The position numbers and the translations under genes are program-made. Positions 1-11,563 of a DNA stretch of 36,199 nucleotides are shown here, in pieces. Source of the stretch: Tubiluchus corallicola. Its lineage: Eukaryota > Animalia > Priapulida. Position 1 is the first letter of the stretch, and each line of letters starts with the position of its first letter. The notes beneath the pieces are model-generated. The model was not told where the DNA came from and made no database searches. It saw only the letters and a program-made list of their open reading frames with translations. Where the stretch lies: positions 1 to 36,199 of the forward strand of contig JAQGDQ010001526.1 of assembly GCA_030141605.1 (NCBI GenBank), given 5' to 3'.

Positions 1-483
1 TGTGTTTCAGTACGTGTTGCTAAGCACACATTTGCTTTGATTGGAGATTTCATCTTCAATGTTACTTGTGTTTCAGTACGTGTCGCTAAGCACACATTTG
101 CTTTGATTGGTGATTTCATCTTCAATGTTACTTGTGTTTCAGTACGTGTCGCTAAGCACACATTTGCTTTGATTGGTGATTTCATCTTCAATGTTACTTG
201 TGTTTCAGTACGTGTTGCTAAGCACACATTTGCTTTGATTGGTGATTTCATCTTCAATGTTACTTGTGTTTCAGTACGTGTTGCTAAGCACACATTTGCT
301 TTGGTTGGTGATTTCACCTTCAATGTTACTTGTGTTTCAGTACGTGTCGCTAAGCACACATTTACTTTGATCGGTGATTTCATCTTCAATGTTACTTGTG
401 TTTCAGTACGTGTCGCTAAGCACACATTTGCTTTGATTGGTGATTTCATCTTCAATGTTACTTGTGTTTCAGTACGTGTCGCT
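1..483 (+). repeat. 66-bp minisatellite (7+ copies, runs off the window start) containing the importin-7 splice acceptor
   Basis: TGTGTTTCAG ends at 10, 76, 142, 208, 274, 340, 406 and 472 (period 66). This accounts for the 22-aa periodicity of ORF 37..705. Confidence 0.97.
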
Positions 484-693
484 CTTCGTCGAGTTGGCGT
501 TGTCAAGGCTGACGCACGACGTGAAGACTTCGGAACTTCGTACGATGTGTCTGCAGATCGTGATTGCGGCTTTGTACAGCAATCCGGCCTACTTTCTAGA
601 GACGCTCAACAACATGCACATGCCCAACACGCAAGAGCCCATACTGTCACAGTTCGTTCGGCAGTGGATAGACGATACGGACTGTTTTCTAGG
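473..693 (+). CDS. IPO7: Importin-7, internal exon (first one in window)
   Basis: TTTCAG acceptor, GG|GTGAGT donor. Encodes [35 protein letters not shown]...[11 protein letters not shown], matching importin-7/8 '[19 protein letters not shown]...WLNDVDCFLG'. Confidence 0.95.
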
Positions 694-1228
694 GTGAGTT
701 TTTGAGTCATGTTTGAGTAATATTTGTTTCACAGTTCTGTCTCACACTGTATTGTTTCACATTCAGACGTAGACAGATGATACAAAGGATATTCAAATTA
801 AAGCACAAGAAAACAGTATTCATAAATAAGGCTTAAAAACGTTGTCTTGAATTTTTATTGCATACAGAGCTTGCATTAGCAGTAACGCTGTATAAAATTT
901 AAACTCCCACGATAACTGTTAGGCACAGCCATTTTAATGGTAGACCAATTGAAACAAGTTTTGATAACATTGAGTACAGTTTGAAAAAATAATCAGAGCA
1001 TTCGTAGCGCACACTTCGCTAGCTAAGTAAAATTTTGAATTACTGTATCTTGTCAATAAGATTAAAAATACCTTTTTTGGTGAACCAGTTTTGCACACTG
1101 GGATGGCAGTGCAGTGCTGTTTTACTATGTGGTAGGATGTTTCATGTTATTAAGAATTTTTTTCGATTACATAAGTCTTTCAAACAGCTAAGTAAGAAAA
1201 CTTTGTACGGAAAGTTCTTTGGGACATA

Positions 1229-2008
1229 CGCTAATATCTCGGTTTCCCGAACAAAAGCGGAGAGATGTCGGTCTGAATTTGCCGATTATCTGTATTCACT
1301 GATACTAAGCTAATACAGTAGGCACCATATATTAGACTTACGATAATGTAGAATCAATGGTCTAATTGTCTAAAAACCATCTAGCCAGGCCGACATAGCC
1401 GTACAGGAGTTTCACAAGGGGGCACTCTGTTGCCCTAGCCTGAATGATTTCCAAATAACTGCAAAGGACAGGGACATTATAATTATGTAAGATATAGACT
1501 GACATAAGTATTTAACCTTCTAGTGCCTGAATAGAGAAAGATTTGATAAACTTTCTTTGCATTCATACCATTTGTTACTTTTTATACGTATAATGTAACA
1601 ATAATGTACTTACTGTAGACCTCAGACTTACAGTAGCAAATGTTGTGTAAATTTATTTAGTATGCATACAACCAGATATGTTACCTGTGTGCACGAAAAT
1701 TGTTTTGTCTGAAGAGTATGTTGTTGTAGAGTTATGAGAATAAGTTTCGAAACTGTTAAAAATGATAAAAATAGACACAAAAATAAGACTTGCAAGGTAT
1801 CGCTGAAAATTACAAAATGGTAATCTAGTCTGTTAAACATGCTGACATACAAGCTGCACACGTGTCTCTACACACTGCTTGGATGTAAACAAAGTGACGG
1901 CCCGCCAACTAGCGGTCAGCTTGTAAAACTGTGTCCGTAATATGCAAGATTTTGTCCGAATTTTCTGATATCCGTAAAAGCGAGGTCCGGCAAACCGAGA
2001 TACAAGTG
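1229..2008. mobile_element. Degenerate pogo/Tigger-type (Tc1/mariner) MITE
   Basis: Imperfect TIRs CGCTAATATCTCGGTTTCCCGAAC / GTCCGGCAAACCGAGATACAAGTG, with TA on both flanks. Confidence 0.6.
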
Positions 2009-2173
2009 TAGTTTGAAATTCCCTTTCCTCCCTTTGGAGGCTCTAGTATTTTAAGCCTGCGTCACCATTGTGCATTTTTACAGTAATTTGATGCGACAGC
2101 AATCGTGCTAATAAGATTTACTGTTTATCAGCTCATGAAATTGTTACTGTATGTAATTTTATTTATTTTACAG

Positions 2174-2319
2174 TATTCACGATAGAAAAGTATGCGTCCT
2201 GGGGCTGTGTACGCTAATCGACACGCCGTCAAATCGTCCGGACTCGATATCGACTTGCTCGCAACAAATTCTGCCATCTCTTATACTCCTCTTTGAAGGT
2301 CTCAAGCGAGCGTACGCTT
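2174..2319 (+). CDS. IPO7: Importin-7 exon
   Basis: TTTTACAG acceptor, T|GTGAGT donor. Encodes [18 protein letters not shown]...[18 protein letters not shown], in phase with both neighbours. Confidence 0.95.
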
Positions 2320-2378
2320 GTGAGTGTTGTGATTTGCTAGTAAAATTTGAAAAAAATGTGTAAACAATTGGTGTGAAC

Positions 2379-3151
2379 CAGGAATATTACCGAAATGAAA
2401 TTTTTCATTCAGTTTGCTCATCGGCATTTCGGCAAAGTTTCGGTTTCGACCGAAATTCGTTAAATTTCCTAGCGGAAATTTGTGGGTAATTTTCCGTAAC
2501 ATTTTTCGGAGATTTTTCCAGTTTTGATCCAGTTTACCTTTTCTTTTCTCCCAGATGTCAAAGAACGATGAAAAATCTTGATCAAAATATTTCAAGTAAA
2601 GCAAAAATTTTATTTACGTAACAGTTTGTGATGTGCTTTTCACGGCAATGTGGCAAATCTTCACTGCCTGACGACTTTGAAGTTTTAGCATCTCCAGGCC
2701 CAATCAACCAAAATATCAAGGAACATTTGAATTTATTTGAGCAAAATCACATTTAATTTTATAAATTATGAAATGTAGGCAACAAATTATCTACTAAATA
2801 AAATTTCTTTATTTTAATGAATCATTATGATCTTTAAACATTAATCATTAAGGATAGTTAAATTCAAAAACATTGTAACACATTAATTTTTCAATGAAAG
2901 CCTCTCCATCAAACTTGAGGTTCTATACTGTAAAACATTCTTGTGTTTTTTTATCAGTAATTTTGCATCACAGCAAATAAACAAACAAACAAAAAACAAA
3001 ATATTTTACTTATTTTAGAATCTTCTTTTTTCAGTTTTAATACTAGTTACTTTTGCAAAAATATTTCTGTCCGGTTTTGTTTCGGCGTCGGTTTCTCGTG
3101 TTTGTCATATTTCGATTTCACTTTGTAGATTCGGTTTCGGTAACATCCCTG
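2379..3151. mobile_element. Non-autonomous hAT element
   Basis: TIRs CAGGAATATTACCGAAA / TTTCGGTAACATCCCTG; perfect 8-bp TSD GTGTGAAC (2371-2378 and 3152-3159); CCGAAA/TTTCGG subterminal repeats. Confidence 0.85.
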
Positions 3152-3248
3152 GTGTGAACGCTGCTTTATGTTCCACGTTTATCTCTGCTTGGTTTTGCCG
3201 TGTATTTCGTGCAATTGAAGTTTTGCAAATTGCCGTTCTCGTTTCCAG

Positions 3249-3382
3249 CAAGAGCGGCGGACGAAGCGTCGGACACCGAGGAAGTGGACGACGATAACGA
3301 CTACGAAGGTGATGTTTGCGACGACGACGATGATGTCATCGACGAGGACAACCAAGAATATCTAGAAGCTTTAGAAAAGTCT
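3249..3382 (+). CDS. IPO7: Importin-7 exon (acidic loop)
   Basis: TTTCCAG acceptor, GTAAGT donor. Encodes RAADEASDTEEVDDDND...DVIDEDNQEYLEALEKS (cf. DIDEDGQEYLE). Confidence 0.93.
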
Positions 3383-3649
3383 GTAAGTTGGGTTAGATTT
3401 CGTCAGGTCGCAGTAGCATTTACCGCACATCGTTTTAGCTACTGTTTACCTGATGTTGTAGAATTACAAGGTAGAATCAAAATTTATTTCCATTTGATGA
3501 AACCTGCCCATTTTTTCTTCTCTTCTTGTTTAAATTATTCATATTTCTAGTTAACTGTAGTGGCAATAATAGTTGTTTTTCCTTTTATTACTTTTAATAC
3601 ACTGTTCTGTCTTTTCGTTCTTATTTTAAGTTTCTTATTCATGATTTAA

Positions 3650-4116
3650 AGGTGAAATTTTTTAATTAAAAGAGTTAATCGTAACTTAAAATTTGACGCT
3701 AATTTTATTAAATTTCGTGGCTTCTTTCCTAATGAAGTGGGGCCTCGAAGTTGCACCCTCCTCCCCCCCCCCAAGCATTTTGTTCGTGAAACTTCAGAAC
3801 ATCGCAGATTTAATGTTCTACCAGCGGTTTCCAAGGAAACCGCATCGTTTCCGTGACGCTGAATTCGTAAGCAATGCTACACGGTGAAACGTGACGCGTG
3901 GTGACCAAACGCAAACGCTACGGTAACTAAGGACTGAATTCAGCTGCCGCCATCTAACAAGTAAAACTTGCAAAAGTTCAGAAATGACACCTTCACGCCC
4001 GGTATCCTCTAACGTAAACTATTAAGAAAAAGATGCAAGTATCGGGAAATCTTTGTTAGAGATTTTTTTCTGTTTGATGTAAAACTGAAACTTCATGAAA
4101 TGCGTGTATTTAACCT
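3650..4116. mobile_element. Probable Kolobok-type MITE
   Basis: TTAA|AGGTGAAAT ... ATTTAACCT|TTAA: short imperfect TIR with AGG termini and TTAA target. Confidence 0.45.
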
Positions 4117-4754
4117 TTAAAGGAAAACCGGATGATTGTGTAAACACGAGTTCAGAATAAAGAATGCTCTAAAATATTGAAAACTACAATAGCTTTTTTT
4201 AAATCAAAGCTTAGAGTAAATAATATTTACCTCGGATACTCAAATTTTGTTAAACTTTCAAAGCTACGCGCGGCTCAGTGAATCTACAAAGATTGGCAGT
4301 GGTGCCTTTTTGTCACATTCCGTGGCCGACAAATAGAAGGCGGTACCGTGATAACCATGATCGTGAACTGCAGTGTTAGTTTCTGACGTCATATGATGTA
4401 GAGCCATTTTCGGGGCATAACGCGTTTAAACAGTAACACTTACGCAAACATGCTGGATGCGCAAGGGAAGATACCTGCCGTTGCACAAACTGTGGTTAGT
4501 TTCTGACGTAAGCAATAGCTGTGTTCAGTTGCCGTTAATTAACTTTCTAAGCTAATTATTCAAATATAAGAAACAATTGCTAAATTTTATAAACAAGAAA
4601 ATGTATAAATTAAAATGAGATTCAGTATAAACAATCGTCCGGTCTTTCTATAAGTATTTTTGCGTCACCTTTCCTAGCTCAGTTCAGAGTTTGTGTTACA
4701 GTGAACGCTTTGCTGTTTTGTCATATGATTAGGAAGGTCTTCACGTTTTTAGGT

Positions 4755-5170
4755 TACTCAACATTAGCGTACAGTACCCAACATTAACGTACAGCACTCA
4801 ACATTAACATAGAACCATCTACATTAACATACAGTACTCAACATTAACGTACAGCACTCAAATTAACGTACAACACTCAACATTAACGTACAGTGCTCAA
4901 CATTAACGTACAGTGCTCAACATTAACATACAGTGCTCAACATTAACATACAGTACTCAACATTAATGTACAACACTCAACATTAATGTACGGTACTCAA
5001 CATTAACGTACAGTACTCAACATTAACGTACAGTGCTCAACATTAACGTACAGTATTCAACATTAACGTACATCACTCAACATTAATGTACGGTACTCAA
5101 CATTAACGTACAGTACTCAACATTAACGTACAGTGCTCAACATTAACGTACAGTATTCAACATTCACGCA
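4755..5170 (+). repeat. 20-bp minisatellite (~20 copies)
   Basis: Consensus TACTCAACATTAACGTACAG repeated in tandem. Confidence 0.95.
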
Positions 5171-5378
5171 CAAGCTTCTCTTTGAATGCTTATTAGACTT
5201 TCTTTATCCGTTAAGAGAAATCAAGTGAAGAAGGTGGGGGGGGGTGCAAGGTATGAGATCCTTGCTTTTCTTGCCAGTGCGGCAGAAGGTCTAAGGTTCA
5301 AGACCCGATGCTGGTGCAGATCTTTTTCGGATTTTAATTTGATATTGCTCATTTCTTAGATTATCCGTCGCATTTCAG

Positions 5379-5526
5379 ACAAAGGCCGACAACGACGACG
5401 ATGAAGACGACGAAGATTATGATGATGAGGGTCTAGACGAGACGCAGCTAGAGGCGTACGAAACGCCGCTGGACGATGAGAACTGCCCGGTGGACGAATA
5501 CGAGGTGTTCAAACTTGTCATGGAAA
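5379..5526 (+). CDS. IPO7: Importin-7 exon
   Basis: ATTTCAG acceptor, A|GTAAGT donor. Encodes TKADNDDDEDDEDYDDEGLDETQLEAYETPLDDENCPVDEYEVFKLVME (cf. ETALEGY...PVDEYQIFK). Confidence 0.94.
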
Positions 5527-6943
5527 GTAAGTATTGAGTGACCGCTTTCTCTCTCCGCGTGAAAGAAAATCTAAACTTATTTGAGTCAATTGCAGACAGT
5601 TTTTATATACTTTTGCATAGGAGCGGCCAGTACTTAGGTGTTTTTGAGACAATTAGGTACCATGTATCCTTGATAGTTGGGTATTTTAAATTATGCTTGA
5701 AACAAGGTAACTGATATTTTAAGACCAGTTAGAGGCTCTCTATGGTCACAAAATAGCAATTTGTTGCTTCGCCCCCTTGAACCCCCATGGGGACTTTGCC
5801 CCTCAACCCCATTAGGGGCCTAGGCGGTCCAAAAACCCCCGGCCTGTTTCAGAGTTTTTGCAATTTGTCATTCTCATCCCTGCTACTGTAAAATATGCGC
5901 CTGGGAAAATATGCATCCTGGTATCTCCGCAAAATTTGCAGACATTTCCGACGCGCACTAACTGTATTGTTTACAGTACAAACAAGTGTATTTTTGTCCA
6001 TTTGTGGTAAGCTCTGATATACCAGCTCTGTCATTTCTTAGCAATCTTGAATGCACTTCTGAGTGAGCGCAAACTGTACCTGGTAAAAAAATGTGCTTTT
6101 CAGTCAGCAAAACACGTATACACGGAGATTTCCTTTCACGATGTATAAATTTCTCTGAAACAGCCACGGATGTCCTATAAGAACCAGCAGTATATTGGCA
6201 ACAGTGAATTATGCAAACAGCGAAAGGATGGATATTTCGGCAGTAATATTTGTCGGTAAAGAAATAATTACATTGCGCAATTAACACAATTAACAATTAA
6301 TGGTTAGTTTAGTTTAGTTTGTACCTGGTGCACAAAATTATGGCGCCAAAAGTGATTTACTTTTTACCAAGACACCACAAACAGTTCAGAAAACGTGTGC
6401 ATTTGCCTCTGCACACCACAAGCAGTTGGTTGTCGCGATGATATTTGTATAAAGCTCTGCTTAATAGTTAACACTACGAAACAAGCTAGTTCAACATCAA
6501 AGCTATAACCTGTCACTTTTACTTCTCTAACTGTGTACTTTCCTCATTGCCAAAATTGAAATTTTCAGCCTCCACAAAGTATATATGTGTAATCATTTTT
6601 TAATGTGATGAGTAATAATCCTTCATCGAAGCAACCATTTGTGCCCTGCTGTTAACGAGACGTATTGTACTGATAGGGAAATTTTGTTTTTGTTGATAGG
6701 AATTTTGCTATCGCATTGAATTTTGTGCTTATCTCTACCTACTGCTTACCGTTATAATATCATTTCATTTTGCTTCTTCATTTATGTATCGGAAATAAAT
6801 AAAATTATTTTCTTGTACTTTCTTCCTACAATAGCGGCTATCTTCGCTCAGTTGGCTGACACACGAATGACTTGTAGTTTTAGACGCATTTTCCCAGTTA
6901 TGTGCAGGCAGTATAGGTCGCGTATATAAATAAATATATTATG

Positions 6944-7498
6944 GGGTTGTTGTTGTTGTTGTTGGCATCCTTCTGTCTCGGAAGATAATGGAGTGTGCAC
7001 TAAGAGAGTCAGTTATTGATCACATTGATGGAGCTGCAGCATCGACTGTGGCTGAGCAGTGCGATCCTTGAACGTCTCCAGGGCGCACGCCTGGGCAAGG
7101 TGTATGGAGATCCTGAGTTGCCCAGACGACAGGAACCCCCTTCTCTTCCTCCCTGGTGTAGTCCAAAGGAAAGCGGAGCAATACGTTTGACACCAGGTTG
7201 GCTGCAGGAGTCAGTGAGCATGCTGCACTGGTCCGCCTTCAGGGCTCCACTCCTGATTTGGAAGGTTTACTCTTCTACACATGGCCGTTGGGTCACTTGA
7301 CCTCCTCCACCCTCTAGTCATTGGCTGCTTGTGCAGCTCCTCCGCCTAGTGTCGAGATATAGTGTGGGCATCCCCCGCAAGCCTACAGCACCTGGTATTC
7401 CTAGGCGGTCACCCCTCCAAGTACTAACCAGGCTCTGCGTTGCTTAACTTCGGTGATCAGACGAGAACTGGTGTTTTCAACGTGATATGGTCATAGTT
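6944..7498 (-). mobile_element. 5S rRNA-derived SINE (SINE3 type) with RTE-like body and tail
   Basis: On the minus strand: full-length 5S head, ~420-bp GC-rich body, end CCATTATCTTCCGAGACAGAAGGATGCC then (AAC)n. 11-bp TSD AATATATTATG at 6933-6943 and 7499-7509. Confidence 0.85.
7379..7498 (-). rRNA. 5S rRNA-like sequence (SINE head, probably not a functional 5S gene)
   Basis: Reverse complement reads AACTATGACCATATCACGTTGAAAACACCAGTTCTCGTCTGATCACCGAAGTTAAGCAACG...GGTTAGTACTTGGAGGGGTGACCGCCTAGGAATACCAGGTGCTGTAGGCTT, recognisably metazoan 5S. No oligo-T Pol III terminator follows. Confidence 0.9.
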
Positions 7499-8085
7499 AA
7501 TATATTATGTAGTAATTGGATTAATAGATATTAATGAGTGTCTTTCGATTGTTTCTTTTTGTGGAATCTGTGTTTAGTTTGTCGTTGAGCCAAAGGAGAA
7601 ATTGATTATGATTTGATGACATTTAAATTAAGAAGATGAAGGAAAATTAATTTCTTGGTGTACTATCAAAAAAAGTCTTTCTCATATTAATTCATTAATT
7701 TTAGTTCAAATTTTACTTTGCGGTGTCATCTGTTGGCGTATAAGGCAACATAGTGATAGGTTCGACACTTTAAGAAGTGGGTTAATTAACACCCTCGTTT
7801 CGTTCAAGTCCGACGATCATTAATTATTTTTACGATTTTAGAAATATTTTACGTTCGGTAGGGGTGAGCACGGAGCGTTAGAATTTAATTCGAACGTTTT
7901 TTATTTAAAATTTGAAATTGTACATTCAAATAATTCATTAAAACGTTTGAAACTTCATGCAATCAGTACAACTCGTGCTGACAATTTTTAAACAGTTATT
8001 AGTATTTTTGCTGCAGAATAAAATCAAGCAATAGGCTTTATCTTTGTGAGACGGCTTTCTATTCGTGACTCGAGAATTTTAAAAT

Positions 8086-8151
8086 TAAATTTGAATTCAA
8101 TTCAGATTCACTATATATATATATAGTGAATCTGAATTGAATTCAAATTTA
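8086..8151. repeat. Perfect 66-bp palindrome centred on (TA)7
   Basis: TAAATTTGAATTCAATTCAGATTCAC-(TA)7-GTGAATCTGAATTGAATTCAAATTTA. Confidence 0.95.
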
Positions 8152-8168
8152 TATACATATATTATATA

Positions 8169-8643
8169 CCGTATTTTCCCGTGTATAAGAGACCCTTGTG
8201 TATAAGAGACCCCTTCAATTTTTAGGCAAAAATTCTGGAAAAAAGTTTTTTCAGACGGACATTTTTAGAGGGTAAAGTACAACTTTTTTCAACTCAGTGT
8301 GGTACTGAAAACAAAATAAAACCAGTTAATGTGTTGTAGAAAAAGAGTACTGGTATATATTAAAGTGCGTACCTGCAAACCTGTAACAGGAAAGGAGATA
8401 ATGTCTGTGTCACGATGCTTGTATTGCTTACATGTCTGTGTCACGATGCTTGTATTGCTTACAACCGCTTCATAGTCGAACGCGACATGCAAAACAGTTG
8501 TAGAGCACTTATTTCTTTAAAATCATTAGTGTCACAATTTATGCATCTTATTGAAAAGACTTACTCCCATGTATAAGAGACCCCCTATTTTTAAAGTGAA
8601 AATTCTGAGCAAAAAAGGGTCTCTTATACACGGGAAAATACGG
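8169..8643. mobile_element. pogo-like Tc1/mariner MITE (young)
   Basis: Perfect TIR CCGTATTTTCCCGTGTATAAGAGACCC and its reverse complement; TA TSD; internal repeats of TGTATAAGAGACCC. Confidence 0.88.
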
Positions 8644-9200
8644 TACATATAAATATATATACATATATGTATATATGTATATATATATATATATATATAA
8701 TAATCTATTTGCCATTAAAAAATCGATATTCATAACTATAAAAGCATAAAAGAACATCGCAGAATAAAAATTCACTCAACTGTTAAAGGCAACTGCGTCC
8801 AGTGCAAACTAAAAACTACCGTGCCAAAAATTTAAAACAAAATATACATTATAATGTTACACGGAAATTATAATAGATTATATACAATATATACATATAA
8901 TTTAAATGGACGTGAGTAAATAAAATTTGCGGATGAGTGTATATTATCGTTTACGTATGTAGGGTTTTCAAAACGAATCAATGTATGTATTTTTAATTTT
9001 GATTTGAATTCGTCGAAAGACTTTGGTTCGACTCCAGTTTTACAGTCACGAATTCAATTCGATTTCAGTTCGTTTTCCGATAGAGAATGCCCTCACGTTC
9101 AGAGATGTAATGAGTGTATCATCAATGCCACTCAGATGGTTGGACTCTCATGAGAAGGTATCACAGAATCTTGATTGTAACGTCTGTCTGTCTGTTTCAG

Positions 9201-9317
9201 AAGTGAAAAGTTGTGATTCGGCTTGGTACAGCGCGTTGACCTGCGACTTGAAACCGGATCAGTTGAAATCGTTAGACGCCGTCATCACGTTAGCCAATCA
9301 GCGAATTGCTGCCAGGC
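9201..9317 (+). CDS. IPO7: Importin-7 penultimate coding exon
   Basis: GTTTCAG acceptor, C|GTAAGT donor. Encodes VKSCDSAWYSALTCDLKPDQLKSLDAVITLANQRIAAR (cf. WYQALT...TLADQRRAA). Confidence 0.93.
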
Positions 9318-9331
9318 GTAAGTAACCGACA

Positions 9332-9846
9332 CAGTCATACCTCGGTTTTCGACCATAATTAGTTCCTAAAAAGTGTTTGAAAACCGATATGGTTGAGAAC
9401 CGAATCATTTATTCCCATAAGAAATAATGTAAAAGCAAATAATCTGTTCTGAAGCACCAAATGAACTGTAAAGTATTACTAAAACAAAATATAATAATGC
9501 AAAAATGTTTATTCAAACAGTAGATGTGATATTATTGATAAGAAAATCATAATAGAATTACTTTGAAAGAAAAACGTGATTATTCCTGAATGAAGAAGCG
9601 GAGAAAAATAAGCGTAGAAAGCACTTAGCGATGTTAGAAGATTCAAATGTTCTGTGTGACTATTCTCGGGCGCGGTCGGTTACTCTCGGCTCTACTCAGC
9701 TCTCCGCGCATGTGTTCATCACGTGCTTGGCGGTTAGTCGAGTACCGAAATTCTGGTCGAAAGCGGAAACTAATTTCAGCTCGAATTTTCTGGTCGAAAA
9801 CCGGTCTGTACGAACACGGAGACGTTCGAAAACGGAGGTATAACTG
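9332..9846. mobile_element. Tigger/pogo-type MITE
   Basis: TIRs CAGTCATACCTCGGTTTTCGA / TCGAAAACGGAGGTATAACTG; TA on the right flank (CA on the left). Confidence 0.75.
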
Positions 9847-10047
9847 TATCTTTAAATTAAGTATCTAACGCATCGATTTAAACTTATTTAATTGTGCAGT
9901 TAGTGTTCAGTGTTGGGGACTGCTGATGCGCACTAAATGAATAACTGAGTGGTAGTCGCGTGTGCTTAACAATCAGAATTAAGCGATGCTAATTCTGGAT
10001 AGTAAATGGATAAGGAATTGCCCAGTAGAAATTAAGTATCTAACGGA

Positions 10048-10210
10048 TCATGCATGCACGCACACACACACACATGCACGAGCACACACACACATGCACG
10101 TGCACACACACACGCAAGCACGCACACACACACATGCATGCATGCACGCACACACACACATGCACGCGCACATGCACACACACACACGCAAGCACGCACA
10201 CACACATATG

Positions 10211-10245
<35 letters not shown>

Positions 10246-10273
10246 GAGTATAAGTACATGATACACACACACA
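10048..10273. repeat. Imperfect (CA)n/(CATG) microsatellite
   Basis: Long alternating purine-pyrimidine tract; source of the spurious HT/CV-rich ORFs. Confidence 0.95.
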
Positions 10274-10499
10274 TATAAAAATTGTACCGGGAATTCAGTT
10301 TGAGATAATTCTAGTTACTGATTTTGAGTTACACGATGTTTGGTAAAGAGTAACAGGAAAGAGAAATTCTGTTCCGTGAGATTTGTTTGCGGCACACAAG
10401 AATTTGAGTTCTAACGGGTCGAGTTATACATAGTTTACTATAGTACCCGATTGTTGCCTGATTGCATTGTAAGATGCTTAGTTCTTTTTTCATTTTCAG

Positions 10500-10585
10500 A
10501 ATCTAAACTGATTGAAGAAACGGGCGGCTACAACTTTGCCAATGCTACAATACCACAGTCATTCAACTTTGGTGGGACTAACTGA
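10500..10585 (+). CDS. IPO7: Importin-7 last coding exon
   Basis: TTTTCAG acceptor. Encodes SKLIEETGGYNFANATIPQSFNFGGTN-stop (TGA 10583-10585), matching the SKMIEKHGGYKF...PSSFNFGG C-terminus. Confidence 0.95.
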
Positions 10586-11367
10586 CCGCTGACCAACGAG
10601 TGCTTGACCACCGGCGACTGAACTGCAGTCTGCTGTTGGAATCCACACGTTTCGGTTACTTGGCTCACTGCGGCTGTGCTTGTGTACATAATGCTCTTTC
10701 TCGCCAATAGATGGCACTGTTGGTCTGTGTAAATGATGATTAAGTTTGTTGAATTTTGACCGTCATGGAGGCGAGGATGTTTGTTTTTTAACTTTTTTAA
10801 ATTATTCGTGTATTTGTATAGCGAAGCCAAAATCGTGTTGAAATTTTCTTGCCGTTGCCGTCATGTTACCTACGGCAACGTAAACTTGGGCAACTATTAA
10901 CCGTTTCCCTCCAGAGGCCAAAATATTAAGCAGATTTGAAATAAGCTAGTATGTTTAGTGTCAGTGACTATCTTAATACTACCTAAGATTGACACAGTGT
11001 ATAATAATCGTAATGTTTCTAAGATTAATTTGTTTTCTAAAGTTTTTAAGATTTTCTTGTAGTAGCAACAGAAGCAGCAGATACTTTTGACGTAACATTG
11101 CGGCATAAAGCCTGTCGGACACAATTCTGGTTGCAGCCCGACGGACGACATACTAGCAGAGGCGTAGCAAGTGTTTGCACCGCCCGGGGGCAAAAAAACT
11201 TCTGACGCCCCATCTTTTAAATGCTTTGATTCGTTTCGTGGGCGGAGCCGTAAATTGTGCTCGTTTTTTTGCATCCCTGAGCCCGATGTTTTTACTGTTT
11301 CGGCGTGATGGGGGTGGACAGATTTTTTCTAAGAATTGCCATGAGTTTGATAAGCGGTTTGATTCTA

Positions 11368-11563
11368 TACAAATACGTGTTGACAGTCATGTACAAATAC
11401 GTTGTGACAGTCGTGTACAAATACGTGTTGACAGTCGTGTACAAATACGTGTTGACAGTCATGTACAAACACGTGTTGACAGTCGTACACAAATACGTGT
11501 TGACAGTCGTGTACAAACACGTGTTGACAGTTGTACACAAATACGTGTTGACAGTCGTGTACA
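11368..11563 (+). repeat. 24-bp minisatellite (~8 copies)
   Basis: TACAAATACGTGTTGACAGTCGTG in tandem; a shorter paralogous array lies at 20684-20804. Confidence 0.95.

Noticed and set aside
37-705. 222-aa ORF with 22-aa repeats
   Set aside because: It is a stop-free frame of the 66-bp minisatellite running out of frame across the real importin-7 exon.
5360-5378. Alternative upstream acceptor TTCTTAG for the importin-7 exon
   Set aside because: It would add 19 nt and shift the frame.
7009-7300. GC-rich ORFs on both strands
   Set aside because: They lie within the non-coding SINE body and have no recognisable protein motifs.
7379-7498. Functional 5S rRNA gene
   Set aside because: There is no oligo-T terminator, there are several substitutions including in the box C region, and it is enclosed with the RTE-like body by one TSD.
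9986-10278. His/Thr- and Cys/Val-rich ORFs
   Set aside because: They are translations of a (CA)n microsatellite in an intron.
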